Origin: an uncultured candidatus Porisulfidus sp.
GTDB lineage: Bacteria > Pseudomonadota > Gammaproteobacteria > Poriferisulfidales > Poriferisulfidaceae
Assembly: GCA_965116025.1 (NCBI GenBank)
Contig: OZ220480.1
Location: forward strand, 160,001 to 224,000
Length of the DNA stretch: 64,000 nt
Direction of reading: 5' to 3'
Notes under the pieces: model-generated
Told to the model about the DNA's origin: nothing
The model's database searches: none
Seen by the model: only the letters and a program-made list of their open reading frames with translations
Translations under genes and position numbers: made by a program
Shown: positions 23,494-34,366 of the stretch, in pieces
How the letters are laid out: the number at the start of each line of letters is the position of its first letter
How positions within the stretch are numbered: the stretch's first letter is position 1

Positions 23494-24895
23494 GCCAGCC
23501 TGGCTGGCCGCGCTGCGCGATCTGGTTGACCCCGAGGATATTCTCGACGACCCGGCCGACTGCTGGGTATACGGCTATGACAATAGCCGGAGGCATCGCG
23601 CCCCGCAGGCGGTGGTGTTCGCCCGGGACGCGCGGCAGATCCAGGATTTGATCCGGTTCTGCCGCGCGCGGCGCGTCGCCCTGACCCCGCGGGGGCTCGG
23701 CACCAGCACCACCGGCGCCGCCGTGCCCGCGCGGAAAGGCATCGTCCTCTCCACCGAGCGCATGAATCGTCTCTTAGACATCGACCAGCGCGAGCAAACC
23801 GCTCGAGTCGAGCCAGGTCTGATCAACCAGAGTCTCCAAGACGCGGCGGGCGAGCGCCAGCTGTTTTGGGCCCCGGATCCCTCCAGCTCTCCGTTCTGCA
23901 CGATTGGCGGCAACCTGGCCTGCAACGCGGCCGGGCCGCGCGCGCTCAAGTACGGCACCACCCGAGACAACACGCTTCAGGTCCGCGCCATCACCGGCGC
24001 CGGAGAAGTCTTGCGCGCTGGCACCCTGACCCGAAAAGGCGTGGTCGGCCTCGATCTGACGCGCCTGCTGATCGGCTCGGAGGGAACGCTCGCGGTCTTC
24101 ACCGAGGCGACTCTGCTATTGCGTCCGCTTCCGCGCGCGCGGGCCACCGCCCGAGCCGTCTACGCCGACCCTCACCACGCGATGGAGGTCATCGAGGCGC
24201 TCCTCGCCCAGCCCCATTCGCCGAGCGCGCTGGAATTCATGGACGCCGCCTGTCTCGACCTGATCCGCGAGGACGGGAAAATCGATCTTCCGAAGTCCGC
24301 TCGCGCTCTTCTGCTGATCGACATGGACGGGGACTCCGAGGAATTGCCACGGACCTCCGCTCCAGTCGCCCGAGCGGCGTCCAACGGGCCCTGCCTGGAC
24401 TTCCAAATCGCGTTCAAGCAAGATGAGAGAGAGGAGCTATGGCAGGCCCGGCGCGCGCTTTCGCCAGCGTTGCGCCGGATCGCCCCGGAGAAAATCAACG
24501 AGGACATCGTGGTTCCGGTTACCCGGCTAGCGGAATTGCTGCGCGAGCTGGACCATCTGCGCGCGCGGCACGCCGTGCCCATCGTCTGCTTCGGCCACGC
24601 CGGATCCGGAAACATCCATGTCAACCTTATGCCAGACGGCTCGGAAGCGCAACGCGAGGCCGCCCGGGCCTGCCTCGACGAGGTGTTCGGCGCGGTTCTT
24701 CGCCTCGGCGGCACCCTGTCCGGCGAGCATGGGGTCGGCATGGCCAAGCGGAAACATATCGCCCGCGAGCTGGATCCGGCGTCGCTGCGGATGATGCGCG
24801 CGATCAAGAAAGCCTTCGATCCAGACGGCATCCTCAACCCCGGGAAGAACCTTCCAGACCCGGAACCGGACGCCAGCGCGTCTCGCGAAGAGTAG
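23486..24895 (+). CDS. FAD-linked oxidase, GlcD/D-lactate dehydrogenase family
   Basis: PDPSS...[37 protein letters not shown]. Confidence 0.92.
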   Translation: MGEPAWLAALRDLVDPEDILDDPADCWVYGYDNSRRHRAPQAVVFARDARQIQDLIRFCRARRVALTPRGLGTSTTGAAVPARKGIVLSTERMNRLLDIDQREQTARVEPGLINQSLQDAAGERQLFWAPDPSSSPFCTIGGNLACNAAGPRALKYGTTRDNTLQVRAITGAGEVLRAGTLTRKGVVGLDLTRLLIGSEGTLAVFTEATLLLRPLPRARATARAVYADPHHAMEVIEALLAQPHSPSALEFMDAACLDLIREDGKIDLPKSARALLLIDMDGDSEELPRTSAPVARAASNGPCLDFQIAFKQDEREELWQARRALSPALRRIAPEKINEDIVVPVTRLAELLRELDHLRARHAVPIVCFGHAGSGNIHVNLMPDGSEAQREAARACLDEVFGAVLRLGGTLSGEHGVGMAKRKHIARELDPASLRMMRAIKKAFDPDGILNPGKNLPDPEPDASASREE

Positions 24896-24904
24896 GCTCC
24901 GCCT

Positions 24905-25405
24905 TCAGGCGCTCGCTTCAGAAAGCGATCTTTGGTACGGCTCCGCGTCCCGCGCGGAGAAGCAGCAGCATAGCAAACGTTCGAAGTCGGCCTCGTGCTG
25001 GCGCAAGGATTCCAGCGCGACTCGCGCCGCCTCGATCTTGGGGTAGCCATACGCTCCCGTGCTGATCGCCGGAAACGCCAGCGACCGGATCCCTTCCCGC
25101 TTGGCCAGCCAGCAGCAATCGCGGTAGCAGGACGCGAGCGCTTCCCGCTCGCTTTCCTCTCCACCCCTCCAGATCGGGCCGACCGTCAGCAACACATGGC
25201 GCGCCTTGAGGCGGAAGCCTGGAGCGATCTTCGCCGCGCCGGTCTCGCACCCTCCCAAGCCAGCCGCGTACTGGGCCAGTTCGGGGCCGGCCGCGCGATG
25301 AATGGCTCCGTCCACGCCCCCGCCCGGCATCAGGCTGGCGTTGGCGGCGTTGACGATCGCGTCGACATCCAGCCGGGTGATGTCCCCCACGACGACCTCG
25401 ATCAC
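24905..25405 (-). CDS. Macro domain protein (YmdB-like)
   Basis: GDIT...IVNAAN..L.PGGGVDGAIHRAAG, FPAISTGAYGYP. Confidence 0.93.
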   Translation of the reverse strand: MIEVVVGDITRLDVDAIVNAANASLMPGGGVDGAIHRAAGPELAQYAAGLGGCETGAAKIAPGFRLKARHVLLTVGPIWRGGEESEREALASCYRDCCWLAKREGIRSLAFPAISTGAYGYPKIEAARVALESLRQHEADFERLLCCCFSARDAEPYQRSLSEASA

Positions 25406-25424
25406 GTCCGGTTCCGCCGCGGCC

Positions 25425-25805
25425 TCACTTGACGACCCTCAGATGAGCCCGCCCCTTTTCCGGCTGCGGGTCTTTTTCCTGGGGATCCGAAGGATCCTCG
25501 TCGCCTCCCCAAGGGAAAATCAGCCCCTCGTCGTTCTCCCGGCAATAGACGCGGACCACGTCCCGCGGGTCCAGAATCACATGTCTGGAGGCCCCTTGGA
25601 AGCGCGCGCGGAAGCGGATTCCCTCATCGTCGATCATGAGATCGCGCACCGCCTGGGGCGAGACGTTGTAGACGGTGAACTCCTCCTCCAGCGCGGCCTC
25701 GGCGTCCGCTCCCCCGCCGCCGCGAACCGCGATCATCGGGGTCATGTCGTTATCGACCACCCACTCGTAGATGGCGCGAATCAGATAGGGACGATTGGAA
25801 GTCAC
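25425..25805 (-). CDS. sspB: ClpXP adaptor SspB
   Basis: RPYLIRAIYEW, ARFQG, C-terminal HLRVVK. Confidence 0.95.
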   Translation of the reverse strand: MTSNRPYLIRAIYEWVVDNDMTPMIAVRGGGGADAEAALEEEFTVYNVSPQAVRDLMIDDEGIRFRARFQGASRHVILDPRDVVRVYCRENDEGLIFPWGGDEDPSDPQEKDPQPEKGRAHLRVVK

Positions 25806-25832
25806 CGCCAGCTCGGCGCGGGGATCAGCCTG

Positions 25833-26435
25833 TCACAGATTAAGATCCCGCTCGGCCTCGGTGAGGGTGTAGTGGAAGCAATCCATTCCATAGAGGGTCT
25901 CCTCATACGCCCTCAGCGCGCTAGGGACGCGCTTCGAATTTATTTTGTACGCCTTCCGGCGCCACAGGATCGGCGCCAGAGAGGCGTCCAGGACGGTGAA
26001 GTTGTCGCCCATGAAAAATTTCTTTTCCCGTTGCTTCAGCTCCGTGTTCACCAAGGCTAGGAAATCCCGCATGGTCTCCCGGGCGACGGCGGACTTTTTC
26101 GCGCCGGTCGAGCGCAGGCTATCCAGCTGGGCATACAGGCGCCGCTCGATCTCGAGCATCCAGACCCGGGCCCGCGCCTTGTTGACCGGGTCGACCGGCA
26201 TCAGGGGCGGATGCGGGAAGCGGTCGTCCAAGTACTCCATGATGATCCGGGGCTCGAACAGCGTCAGCCCCCGATCGAAGAACGTCGGCGTGGTGCTTTC
26301 GGGGTTGATCGTCGCCAGATCCTCGCGCGCCTGCGGATCGTCCGTATAGGCCACGCTGGCCTGCGCCTCCTTCTCGTACAGAACCATGCGGACCCGCTGG
26401 CATTGCGGGCATTGGGGAGAAGAGAACAGTATCAT
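25833..26435 (-). CDS. sspA: Stringent starvation protein A
   Basis: IIMEYLDDRFPHPPLMPVDPV; lies between petC and sspB. Confidence 0.95.
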   Translation of the reverse strand: MILFSSPQCPQCQRVRMVLYEKEAQASVAYTDDPQAREDLATINPESTTPTFFDRGLTLFEPRIIMEYLDDRFPHPPLMPVDPVNKARARVWMLEIERRLYAQLDSLRSTGAKKSAVARETMRDFLALVNTELKQREKKFFMGDNFTVLDASLAPILWRRKAYKINSKRVPSALRAYEETLYGMDCFHYTLTEAERDLNL

Positions 26436-26445
26436 CGGGGAGCCT

Positions 26446-27189
26446 CTAGTGAACGTCTCGCCAATACTCGCGCTTGAGGAAATAAGCGAATCCGCCCAGC
26501 GTCAGCAGGAACAGCAGCACCCATGTTCCCACGCTCTCGCGCGTCAGGCGCGCGGGCTCCGAGGCATAAGTCAGAAACGACGTGATATCGACGACCATCC
26601 GCCGGTACTCCTCGGGGGGTTTCCGCCCCGGGGTCTCCAGCGTGAGGGACGAGATGACCTTCTTGACCTCGCCTTCGCGCTCGACTTCCTTCCACTCCGC
26701 CCGTTGCAGGCCCTGCTCGCGCCACAGCGCGTGCGGCATCGTCGTGTATGGGAAGCGCCAGTTGTTGACGCCCCACGGACGGTCCTCGTCGGCATAGAAC
26801 GTCATCAGGTACTGGTAGATGTACGTGGAACCCTTCTGCCGCGCGATCATGCTCAGGTCCGGCGGGACCGCTCCGAACCACCTCTCGGCCTCCTCGGGGG
26901 TCATGGCGATTTCCATTCGCTCGCTGACGCGCTGCCCGGTGAAGATCAGGTTGTCCTCCACCATGCTCATGTCCAGGCCCAGATCCTCGCCAACCCGGCT
27001 GTAGCGGCTGTATTTCAATGAATGGCAACCCAGGCAGTAGTTCATGAAGTATTTGGCGCCGCGCTGGAGGGACGCTCGATTCTTGAGATCGACCACGACC
27101 TGATATCCCGGCAACTCCGCTCCGCCAGCGGCGAGCGCGTACCCGGCCGAGCCGAGGAGCAGAGCGGCCAGGAAGAGCGCGCGCCTCAT
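26446..27189 (-). CDS. petC: Cytochrome c1
   Basis: SLQRGAKYFMNYCLGCHS (CxxCH), PPDLS, C-terminal TM helix. Confidence 0.96.
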   Translation of the reverse strand: MRRALFLAALLLGSAGYALAAGGAELPGYQVVVDLKNRASLQRGAKYFMNYCLGCHSLKYSRYSRVGEDLGLDMSMVEDNLIFTGQRVSERMEIAMTPEEAERWFGAVPPDLSMIARQKGSTYIYQYLMTFYADEDRPWGVNNWRFPYTTMPHALWREQGLQRAEWKEVEREGEVKKVISSLTLETPGRKPPEEYRRMVVDITSFLTYASEPARLTRESVGTWVLLFLLTLGGFAYFLKREYWRDVH

Positions 27190-28577
27190 CCGGTCACCCG
27201 ATCCGGCACCGGCAAGTCCCGGCCCAACCTCTCGACCCCGCTACCGAGGACCATGATGGCCACGAACGAGGCTGGCATCAGCCACCCCAGAAAGACCAGC
27301 GTCTCGTGGCCAGGCTCCATCCTGACGACATCGTAAAGGCTGATCAGGCCCAGAACCGCCACGAGCGTCAGCAAACGCTCGGAGCCGCCGCGCGGGCGGC
27401 TGAAGAACCACAACGCGATGAAAAACAGGAAATACCATTGGCCGAAGCGCAACGCGAGCTCGCTGTACAGCGGGGTTGGCGGGTTGAATCCGAGATAGCC
27501 CAGCGCCGCGAAGGTGACCACGAACAGGAGCAGGTTGAGCTTGAACAGCGGGCTGCGGTAGCGCACGGACCGCACGGGATTGCGGTCGATCCACGGCAGG
27601 AAGAACAGGACCAGAATAGAGAGCAGCATGGCCAGCGCGCCGAATTGCGGGTCCGGGATCGCCCGGAGTATCGAGTAGAACGGCGTGAAATACCAGACCG
27701 GAACGATATGCTCCGGGGTCAGCAAGGGATTCGCGGGCGTGAAGTTGTCCGGCTCCAGGAAGTAGCCCCCCATTTCAGGGGCGAAGAACACCACCAGCGC
27801 GAACAGAAACAAGAACGCGACCGCTCCCCAAATATCCTTGACGGTGTAGTACGGATGGAACGGAATGCCGTCGACCGGCTTGCCGTCGGCGTCCTTGTGA
27901 TCCTTGATGTCGATGCCGTCCGGGTTGTTGGAGCCGACCTCATGCAGGGCCATGACATGCAGGGCCACCAGCGCCAAGATCGCCAGCGGGATGGCCGCTA
28001 CGTGAAGCGCGAAGAAGCGGGTCAGAGTGGCGTCGGACACGGCGAAGTCCCCGCGTAGCCAGATCGCGATGTCCGGCCCTACCCAGGGAATGGTGCTGAA
28101 GAGGTTGACGATGACCTGCGCCCCCCAGTACGACATGTTCCCCCAAGGGAGCAGATAGCCCATGAAAGCCTCCGCCATCAACGCCATGTACAGAAACATG
28201 CCGAGCAGCCAGAGCAGCTCGCGCGGCGCCTTGAAGGAGCCATACATGATTCCTCGGAACATGTGCAGGTACACCACGATGAAGAAGAACGACGCGCCCG
28301 TGGAGTGCATGTACTGAATCAGCCAGCCGAGGGGAACGTCGCGGCGAATGTACTCCAAAGAGGCGAACGCGAGTTCCGCGTCCGGCTTGTAGTGCATGGT
28401 CAGAAAGATGCCGGTGACGATCTGGATGACCAGCACCAGCAACGCCAGAGAGCCGAAGAAGTACCAAAAATTAAAGTTCTTCGGAGCGTAGTAGCGCGCC
28501 AGATGCTCGTTCCAAAGCCGCGTCAGCGGGAATCGGGCGTCAATCCAGCCCACCAGCCCCGCGAGACGAGCTTTCAT
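27186..28577 (-). CDS. petB: Cytochrome b
   Basis: WYFFGSL, HSTGAS, GYLLPWGNMSYWGA, PVWYF. Confidence 0.98.
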   Translation of the reverse strand: MKARLAGLVGWIDARFPLTRLWNEHLARYYAPKNFNFWYFFGSLALLVLVIQIVTGIFLTMHYKPDAELAFASLEYIRRDVPLGWLIQYMHSTGASFFFIVVYLHMFRGIMYGSFKAPRELLWLLGMFLYMALMAEAFMGYLLPWGNMSYWGAQVIVNLFSTIPWVGPDIAIWLRGDFAVSDATLTRFFALHVAAIPLAILALVALHVMALHEVGSNNPDGIDIKDHKDADGKPVDGIPFHPYYTVKDIWGAVAFLFLFALVVFFAPEMGGYFLEPDNFTPANPLLTPEHIVPVWYFTPFYSILRAIPDPQFGALAMLLSILVLFFLPWIDRNPVRSVRYRSPLFKLNLLLFVVTFAALGYLGFNPPTPLYSELALRFGQWYFLFFIALWFFSRPRGGSERLLTLVAVLGLISLYDVVRMEPGHETLVFLGWLMPASFVAIMVLGSGVERLGRDLPVPDRVTG

Positions 28578-29173
28578 GCCGGCGCGTCCTCTGGCGTCTC
28601 CCCGATCATGATCCGCGTGTCGCTGACGAAACGGTACGGAGGCACCGGCAGGTTGGCGTTGGCTGGCACGTTGTCATAGACGCGTCCCGCCAGATCGAAC
28701 CGGGAGCCGTGGCAGGCGCAGAAAAACCCGCCCGGCCATTCGGCGCCAAGGTCTTCCGGCGCGGCGTCGGGCCGATAGGTCGGGTTGCACCCTAGGTGGG
28801 TGCACACGCCCACCAGCACCAGAAACTCCGGATTCAGCGAGCGGTGAACGTTTCGCGCGAACTCCGGCTGCTGACTCTGGTCGGAGCGCGGGTCCCGAAG
28901 GTAGTCGGCCTCGGCCTCCAGCGTCGCCACCATTTCCGGCGTGCGGCGGATGACCCAGATCGGCTGTTTGCGCCAGATCAGGTCCAGCTTCTGGCCCCAG
29001 TCCATCTGTCCGACATCCACCTCGATCGGCGCGCCCGCGGTGCGCGCGCGCGCGCTGGGCGACATGGACGCGACGAACGGCCACGCTGCCACCACCGCGC
29101 CAGCCCCCCCCACCAGGGCCGTGCTGCCAGTCAAAAACCTGCGGCGGCCCACATCGACTGCGTCATCTGACAT
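28574..29173 (-). CDS. petA: Rieske iron-sulfur subunit
   Basis: Tat motif RRRFL, CTHLGC, CACHGS. Confidence 0.98.
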   Translation of the reverse strand: MSDDAVDVGRRRFLTGSTALVGGAGAVVAAWPFVASMSPSARARTAGAPIEVDVGQMDWGQKLDLIWRKQPIWVIRRTPEMVATLEAEADYLRDPRSDQSQQPEFARNVHRSLNPEFLVLVGVCTHLGCNPTYRPDAAPEDLGAEWPGGFFCACHGSRFDLAGRVYDNVPANANLPVPPYRFVSDTRIMIGETPEDAPA

Positions 29174-29306
29174 GCGTCGGAAATCTCCAAGCGAACAAAA
29201 AACGCGGCGCCCATCCTTTTCGCGCGGCCACCGCGTTCACTCCGTATGCGGGGAAAAATTTTAACACACGCGTCCGGGCGCGCCGTTCCGGCGGCGCGCC
29301 TCGACC

Positions 29307-30068
29307 TCAGGCTGGATTCGGGATATCGACGAACTGGTGCCGAAGCCCGAACTTCTCCTCCAGGCGCCTGCCCAAAGCCCGCACCCCGTAACGCTCGGTC
29401 GCATGGTGGCCGCACGCGAAATAGTGGATCCCGCACTCCCGCGCCACATGCGCGGTCTGCTCAGAGATCTCCCCGCTGAGGAAGGCGTCCAGATCCAACC
29501 GCGCCGCCCGCTCGATGAGGCTCTGGCCCGCGCCCGTGCACCACCCGACCGTGGTGATCGGGTCTTCCGTCTCGGGTCCAGCCCAAGTCACGGGGCGCCC
29601 CAGCCGAGTCTCTAGGAACGTCGAGAGCTCGCTCGCCGGGCGCGGCTCTCGCAGGCGCCCGATTCTTCCGGCTTCCGGGAGATCCCGCCGAAGCCTACCG
29701 GTGACCTCCAGTCCCAAGACTTCCGCCAATTGAACGTTGTTCCCGAGCTCCTCGTGCGCGTCCAGCGGCAGATGATAGGCGAACAGGTTGATATCCGCGG
29801 CTAGCAACGCGCGAAGCCGCCGCGCCTTCATGCCCGTGACCGTCATGTCCTCGCCCCGCCAGAAATATCCGTGATGCGCGAGCAGCGCGTCCGCGCTCCG
29901 CTCGCGGGCCACATCGATCAATCGCTGGCTCGCGGTCACTCCCGAAATCAGGAACCCGATCCGCTCGCGCCCCTCGACCTGAAGCCCATTGGGGCAGTAG
30001 TCCGAGAAGGTCGAGGGCCGGAGCAACTCGTCCAGATAGGCGGAAAGCTCCGCGCGCCCGACCATCAC
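29307..30068 (-). CDS. Nif3-like dinuclear metal centre protein (YbgI)
   Basis: DYCPNGLQVEG, HHGYFW, YHLPLDAH, GHHATE. Confidence 0.95.
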   Translation of the reverse strand: MMVGRAELSAYLDELLRPSTFSDYCPNGLQVEGRERIGFLISGVTASQRLIDVARERSADALLAHHGYFWRGEDMTVTGMKARRLRALLAADINLFAYHLPLDAHEELGNNVQLAEVLGLEVTGRLRRDLPEAGRIGRLREPRPASELSTFLETRLGRPVTWAGPETEDPITTVGWCTGAGQSLIERAARLDLDAFLSGEISEQTAHVARECGIHYFACGHHATERYGVRALGRRLEEKFGLRHQFVDIPNPA

Positions 30069-31378
30069 TTCGCGCCGCCGCGCCAGCGCGCCGAGGCGGC
30101 GTGGGCGGCCAGGCCCTCAGTGCGGGCGAGACGCTCGGCCAGCGCCGAGAGTTCCGCCGCGCCAGAACGCGACATGCGAATCGTGCTGCTGCGTTTCTGG
30201 AAATCGTGGACCCCCAGCGGCGAGGCGTAGCGGGACGCCCGCATCGTCGGCAGCACGTGGTTGGGTCCAGCGCAATAGTCGCCCATCACCTCCGGGCTGT
30301 CCGCGCCTAGAAAAATCGCGCCAGCATGGCGGATCTGGTCAAGAACCGCGTCCGGCTCCGCCAGCGCAAGTTGCAGGTGTTCCGGGGCCAGCCGATTAGC
30401 CAAATCCACCGCCTCGCTCAGGTCCTTGGTCCGCACCAACGCGCCGTGACTCGCTAGCGCGGCGCGGATGATCTCCGCGCGCGGCATCTCGTCCAGCTGC
30501 CCGGCGAGCGCCTCCGCCACAGCGGAAAGGTGGTTCTGGTCCGGACTCAGGAGGATCGCCTGCGCTTGCTCGTCGTGCTCCGCCTGCGCCATCAGATCGG
30601 TCGCCAGCCATCGCGGGTCCGCGCTTCCGTCACTCACGATCACGACCTCCGAAGGACCCGCCACCATATCGACCCCGACCCGGCCGAACACCTGCCGCTT
30701 AGCTTCAGCCACCCACGCGTTGCCTGGACCGACGATCTTGTCGACCGCCGGGACGGTTTCCGTCCCTAGCGCCAGCGCCGCGATGGCCTGGGCGCCGCCC
30801 AGCGCCCAGCCGCGATCAACCCCGGCCACATGGGCCGCCGCCAGCACGACTGAATTCGCCCGTCCTTCAGGGGTTGGGCTGACCATCAGGATCTCTTCCA
30901 CGCCAGCGACCCGCGCCGGGATCGCGTTCATCAGCACCGAGGACGGATACGCCGCGGTCCCTCCAGGAACGTAGACGCCCACCCGCCGCAAAGCGCCGAT
31001 TCGCTGGCCAAACCGCGAGCCATGGTCATCCTCGAACTCGAACGGCTCCAGTTTTTGCCGGCGCGCGTACTCCCGAATCCGGCTGGCCGCCGTTCGCAGA
31101 GAATCGCGCAACGGCGTTTCCAGAGCCTCGAACGCGGCTTGGAAATCCGGCGCTCCCCAAGACAGGGCCGCGACCGAATCGGGCGCATGGCCATCGAATC
31201 GCCTCGTGCGATCAAGCAAGGCGCGGTCGCCGCGCGCGCGGACTTCCTCAATGATGGCCGCGACCGTCGAAACCTGTTCTGGACGGGCGTCCAGCGACCG
31301 AGCGTCGATCAGCGCCTGAAACTCCTCCTCGAATTCCGGCGTTCCGGTCGACAAAACGCGCGGAAGAGAAGGGCTCAT
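30065..31378 (-). CDS. hisD: Histidinol dehydrogenase
   Basis: YVPGG.AAYPSS, GPGNAWV, AGPSE, QAEHD. True start ATG 31378 overlaps the aroG stop. Confidence 0.97.
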   Translation of the reverse strand: MSPSLPRVLSTGTPEFEEEFQALIDARSLDARPEQVSTVAAIIEEVRARGDRALLDRTRRFDGHAPDSVAALSWGAPDFQAAFEALETPLRDSLRTAASRIREYARRQKLEPFEFEDDHGSRFGQRIGALRRVGVYVPGGTAAYPSSVLMNAIPARVAGVEEILMVSPTPEGRANSVVLAAAHVAGVDRGWALGGAQAIAALALGTETVPAVDKIVGPGNAWVAEAKRQVFGRVGVDMVAGPSEVVIVSDGSADPRWLATDLMAQAEHDEQAQAILLSPDQNHLSAVAEALAGQLDEMPRAEIIRAALASHGALVRTKDLSEAVDLANRLAPEHLQLALAEPDAVLDQIRHAGAIFLGADSPEVMGDYCAGPNHVLPTMRASRYASPLGVHDFQKRSSTIRMSRSGAAELSALAERLARTEGLAAHAASARWRGGAK

Positions 31379-32442
31379 GCGGTCTGGCGGGCGCGGCGGC
31401 GCGCCCGGACCGCCTCGGCGAGGCCCTCGAGCAACCGCTCCGTATCCTCGAAACCCAGGCACGCGTCGGTGACGCTTTGCCCATACCGCAAAGATTCTCC
31501 AGGAACCAGCTTCTGGTTGCCCCCGACCAGATGGCTCTCCACCATGACCCCGACGACGCGCCGGTCTCCCGCGCCAATCTGCTCGCCGACGCGGCTGGCC
31601 ACCTGGAGCTGCCGCTCGGGCATCTTCTGGCTGTTCGCGTGACTGCAATCGATCATGACGCGGACCGGCAGTCCGGCGCGCTCCAGACGGGCGCACGCCT
31701 CCTCGACCGCGTTCGCCTCGAAATTCGGTCGCTTCCCGCCGCGCATGATGACATGCGTGTCCTTGTTGCCCGTCGTATGGAAAATCGCGCTTCGCCCCTC
31801 CTTGGTGAGTGACAGGAAGCGGTGCGGCTGAATAGCCGAGCGCAGGGCGTCCACCGCCACCTGGACGTCGCCGCTGGTGCCGTTCTTGAAGCCGACCGGG
31901 CAAGACAGACCGGAGGCGAGCTCCCGGTGACACTGGCTCTCGGCGGTGCGCGCGCCGATCGCCCCCCAACTGACGCTGTCGGCGACGTATTGCGGCGTGA
32001 CCAGATCCAGAAACTCGGTGCCGGCCGGAAGGCCCCGCTCGGCCAGCCAGAGCAACAGATTTCGGGCCAAGCGCAGTCCTCGGTTGATGTGGAAGCTGTC
32101 ATCCAGGTCCGGGTCGTTGATGAGCCCTTTCCAGCCCACCGTGGTGCGCGGCTTCTCGAAATACACCCGCATCACGATCATGAGATCGTCCGCCAGGCGC
32201 TCCCGGACGGCGCGCAGGCGCGACGCGTACTCATGCGCCGCCTCGACGTCGTGGATGGAGCACGGCCCGACGATCACCAGCAAGCGGTCGTCGGAGCCCT
32301 CCAAGATCTCCCGAATCCGCATCCGGGCCTCGAACACCGTGCGCGCGCCCTCTTCCTTCAACGGCAATTCCCGCAGGACCTCGTCCGGCGCGCTGACGTT
32401 GTGCACGTCCGTGATGCGCAGATCATCCGTTTGCCGCTTCAT
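31375..32442 (-). CDS. aroG: DAHP synthase, class I-alpha (AroG/F/H)
   Basis: GPCSIHD, RVYFEKPRTTVGWKGLIND, IGART, DCSHANS. The isoenzyme assignment is uncertain. Confidence 0.93.
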   Translation of the reverse strand: MKRQTDDLRITDVHNVSAPDEVLRELPLKEEGARTVFEARMRIREILEGSDDRLLVIVGPCSIHDVEAAHEYASRLRAVRERLADDLMIVMRVYFEKPRTTVGWKGLINDPDLDDSFHINRGLRLARNLLLWLAERGLPAGTEFLDLVTPQYVADSVSWGAIGARTAESQCHRELASGLSCPVGFKNGTSGDVQVAVDALRSAIQPHRFLSLTKEGRSAIFHTTGNKDTHVIMRGGKRPNFEANAVEEACARLERAGLPVRVMIDCSHANSQKMPERQLQVASRVGEQIGAGDRRVVGVMVESHLVGGNQKLVPGESLRYGQSVTDACLGFEDTERLLEGLAEAVRARRRARQTA

Positions 32443-33088
32443 GCTCCGTCCCCGCCGCTTCCGCGGCCTCTCGCAGGCGCGTCAATATCGGCATGACCCG
32501 CTCATGCCGCATCTTCCACGCGCCCTTGTTGACCACCACGCGCGCGTTGATCTCGGCGAGCGTGGCGTATGGTTCCAACCCGTTGGCGGCCAAGGTTCGC
32601 CCGGTCTCCACCAGATCCACGATGCAGTCGGCCAACCCCGCCAGCGGCGCCAGCTCCATCGACCCGTACAATTTTATCGTGACCGCCTGACGCCCCCGCG
32701 CGGCGAAGAACTCGCGGGCCAAGCGCGCGTACTTAGTCGCGACCCGGACCCGGGGACGTTCCAGGCAGGCATCGCCTCCCTTCGGCCCGGCGACGACCAT
32801 CCGGCAGCGCGCGATCGGCAGGTCCAGCGGCTCGTACAAGCCTGGGATGGGGCTCTCCATCAACACGTCGCGTCCGGTCACCCCCAATTCCGCCGCGCCC
32901 AGCGCCACGTAGGTCGGCACGTCCGCCGCCCGCAACACGACCAGGTCAATGTCCTCCTCGACGCACGGCAGGATCAATTGCCGGCTTCGCGCCGGGTCCG
33001 CACGCGGCGCGATGCCGGCGCGCGCGAAGACCTCCAGAGCCTCGCGCATGATGCGCCCTTTGGAAATGGCGATCCGCACCCGTCCCAT
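32423..33088 (-). CDS. hisG: ATP phosphoribosyltransferase, short form
   Basis: AISKGRI, DVPTYV, GSMELAP, IVDLVETGRTLAANGL. Confidence 0.96.
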   Translation of the reverse strand: MGRVRIAISKGRIMREALEVFARAGIAPRADPARSRQLILPCVEEDIDLVVLRAADVPTYVALGAAELGVTGRDVLMESPIPGLYEPLDLPIARCRMVVAGPKGGDACLERPRVRVATKYARLAREFFAARGRQAVTIKLYGSMELAPLAGLADCIVDLVETGRTLAANGLEPYATLAEINARVVVNKGAWKMRHERVMPILTRLREAAEAAGTEHEAANG

Positions 33089-33090
33089 GT

Positions 33091-34347
33091 TCAGTTCACG
33101 CGCTGGATGCGAGCGCCCAAGCGCTGGAATTTCTCCTCCACGCACTCGTAACCCCGATCAATATGGTAGACCCGATCCACGACCGACTCCCCTTCCGCGG
33201 CCAGGCTGGCCAAGATCAGGCTGGCCGAGGCCCGCAGGTCCGTGGCCATCACCGGAGCTCCCCGCAACCGCTCCACGCCCCGAATCACGGCAGTGCTGCC
33301 CCGCACCTCGATGTTCGCGCCCATCCGGACCAGTTCCTGGATGTGCATGAAGCGGTTCTCGAAGATCGTCTCGGTGATGGCGCTGGTTCCCTCCGCCACC
33401 GCGCTGACCGCCGCCATCTGCGCCTGCATATCCGTCGGAAACCCCGGATAGGCCGCCGTGTGGATATCCGCGGCCCGGGGCCGGCCGCCTCGCATGTCCA
33501 GTTCCACGTAGTCCTCTCCCAGCTTGATATCCGCGCCGTATTCGCCAAGTTTGACCAGCACGGCCTCCATGGTGTCGGGCCGCACCCGAGTGACCCGGAC
33601 GTTCCCTCCGGTGACGCAACCCGCGGCCAGATAGGTGGCCGCCTCGATTCGGTCGGGCAATACCCGGTGCGTCGCACCACGCAACGCGCGGACCCCCTCA
33701 ATCTCGATTCGGCTGGTCCCCGCCCCCCGAACACGCGCGCCCATCGCCGTCAGACAGGCGGCCAAGTCCTCGACCTCAGGCTCGCGGGCGGCGTTCTCGA
33801 TCACTGTCGTGCCCTCGGCCAGCGTCGCGGCCATCATCAGATTCTCCGTTCCGGTCACCGTGATCTGGTCAAAGGCCAGCGCAGCGCCCCGAACGCGCTT
33901 GGCGCGCGCCCGAATATAGCCGCCGTCAACCTCGATGCGGGCGCCCATCAACCTGAGATTCGAAAGATGCAGGTCGATCGGCCGGGTCCCGATCGCGCAC
34001 CCGCCAGGCAACGACACCTCCGCTCGGCCATAACGCGCCAAGAGCGGACCCAGAACCAGAATGGACGCGCGCATGGTGCGCACGATCTCGTACGAGGCAT
34101 GGCAACGGTCGAGCTTACGGGCGTCCACGCGCAAGCTGTTGTCCTCGCCTAACGTCACGGTCGCCCCCATGCTGCTCAGCAAGAGCATGGTCGAGGCCAC
34201 GTCCTGAAGGTGCGGGACGTTCTGGACTATCAAAGGCTCCTCGCTCATCAACGAGGCGGCTAGCACGGGAAGCACGGAGTTCTTGGCGCCGGAGATCGGC
34301 ACCTCGCCGCATAGCGGCGCTCCGCCCTCGATCAGCAGCCGATCCAT
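33091..34347 (-). CDS. murA: UDP-GlcNAc enolpyruvyl transferase
   Basis: [34 protein letters not shown]. Confidence 0.99.
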   Translation of the reverse strand: MDRLLIEGGAPLCGEVPISGAKNSVLPVLAASLMSEEPLIVQNVPHLQDVASTMLLLSSMGATVTLGEDNSLRVDARKLDRCHASYEIVRTMRASILVLGPLLARYGRAEVSLPGGCAIGTRPIDLHLSNLRLMGARIEVDGGYIRARAKRVRGAALAFDQITVTGTENLMMAATLAEGTTVIENAAREPEVEDLAACLTAMGARVRGAGTSRIEIEGVRALRGATHRVLPDRIEAATYLAAGCVTGGNVRVTRVRPDTMEAVLVKLGEYGADIKLGEDYVELDMRGGRPRAADIHTAAYPGFPTDMQAQMAAVSAVAEGTSAITETIFENRFMHIQELVRMGANIEVRGSTAVIRGVERLRGAPVMATDLRASASLILASLAAEGESVVDRVYHIDRGYECVEEKFQRLGARIQRVN

Positions 34348-34366
34348 CGCGAGGGTGGAACGCGAA

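Noticed and set aside
26400-26414. CPQC motif in SspA as a novel redox switch
   Set aside because: GST-fold proteins often carry Cys at this position; too little evidence from sequence alone.
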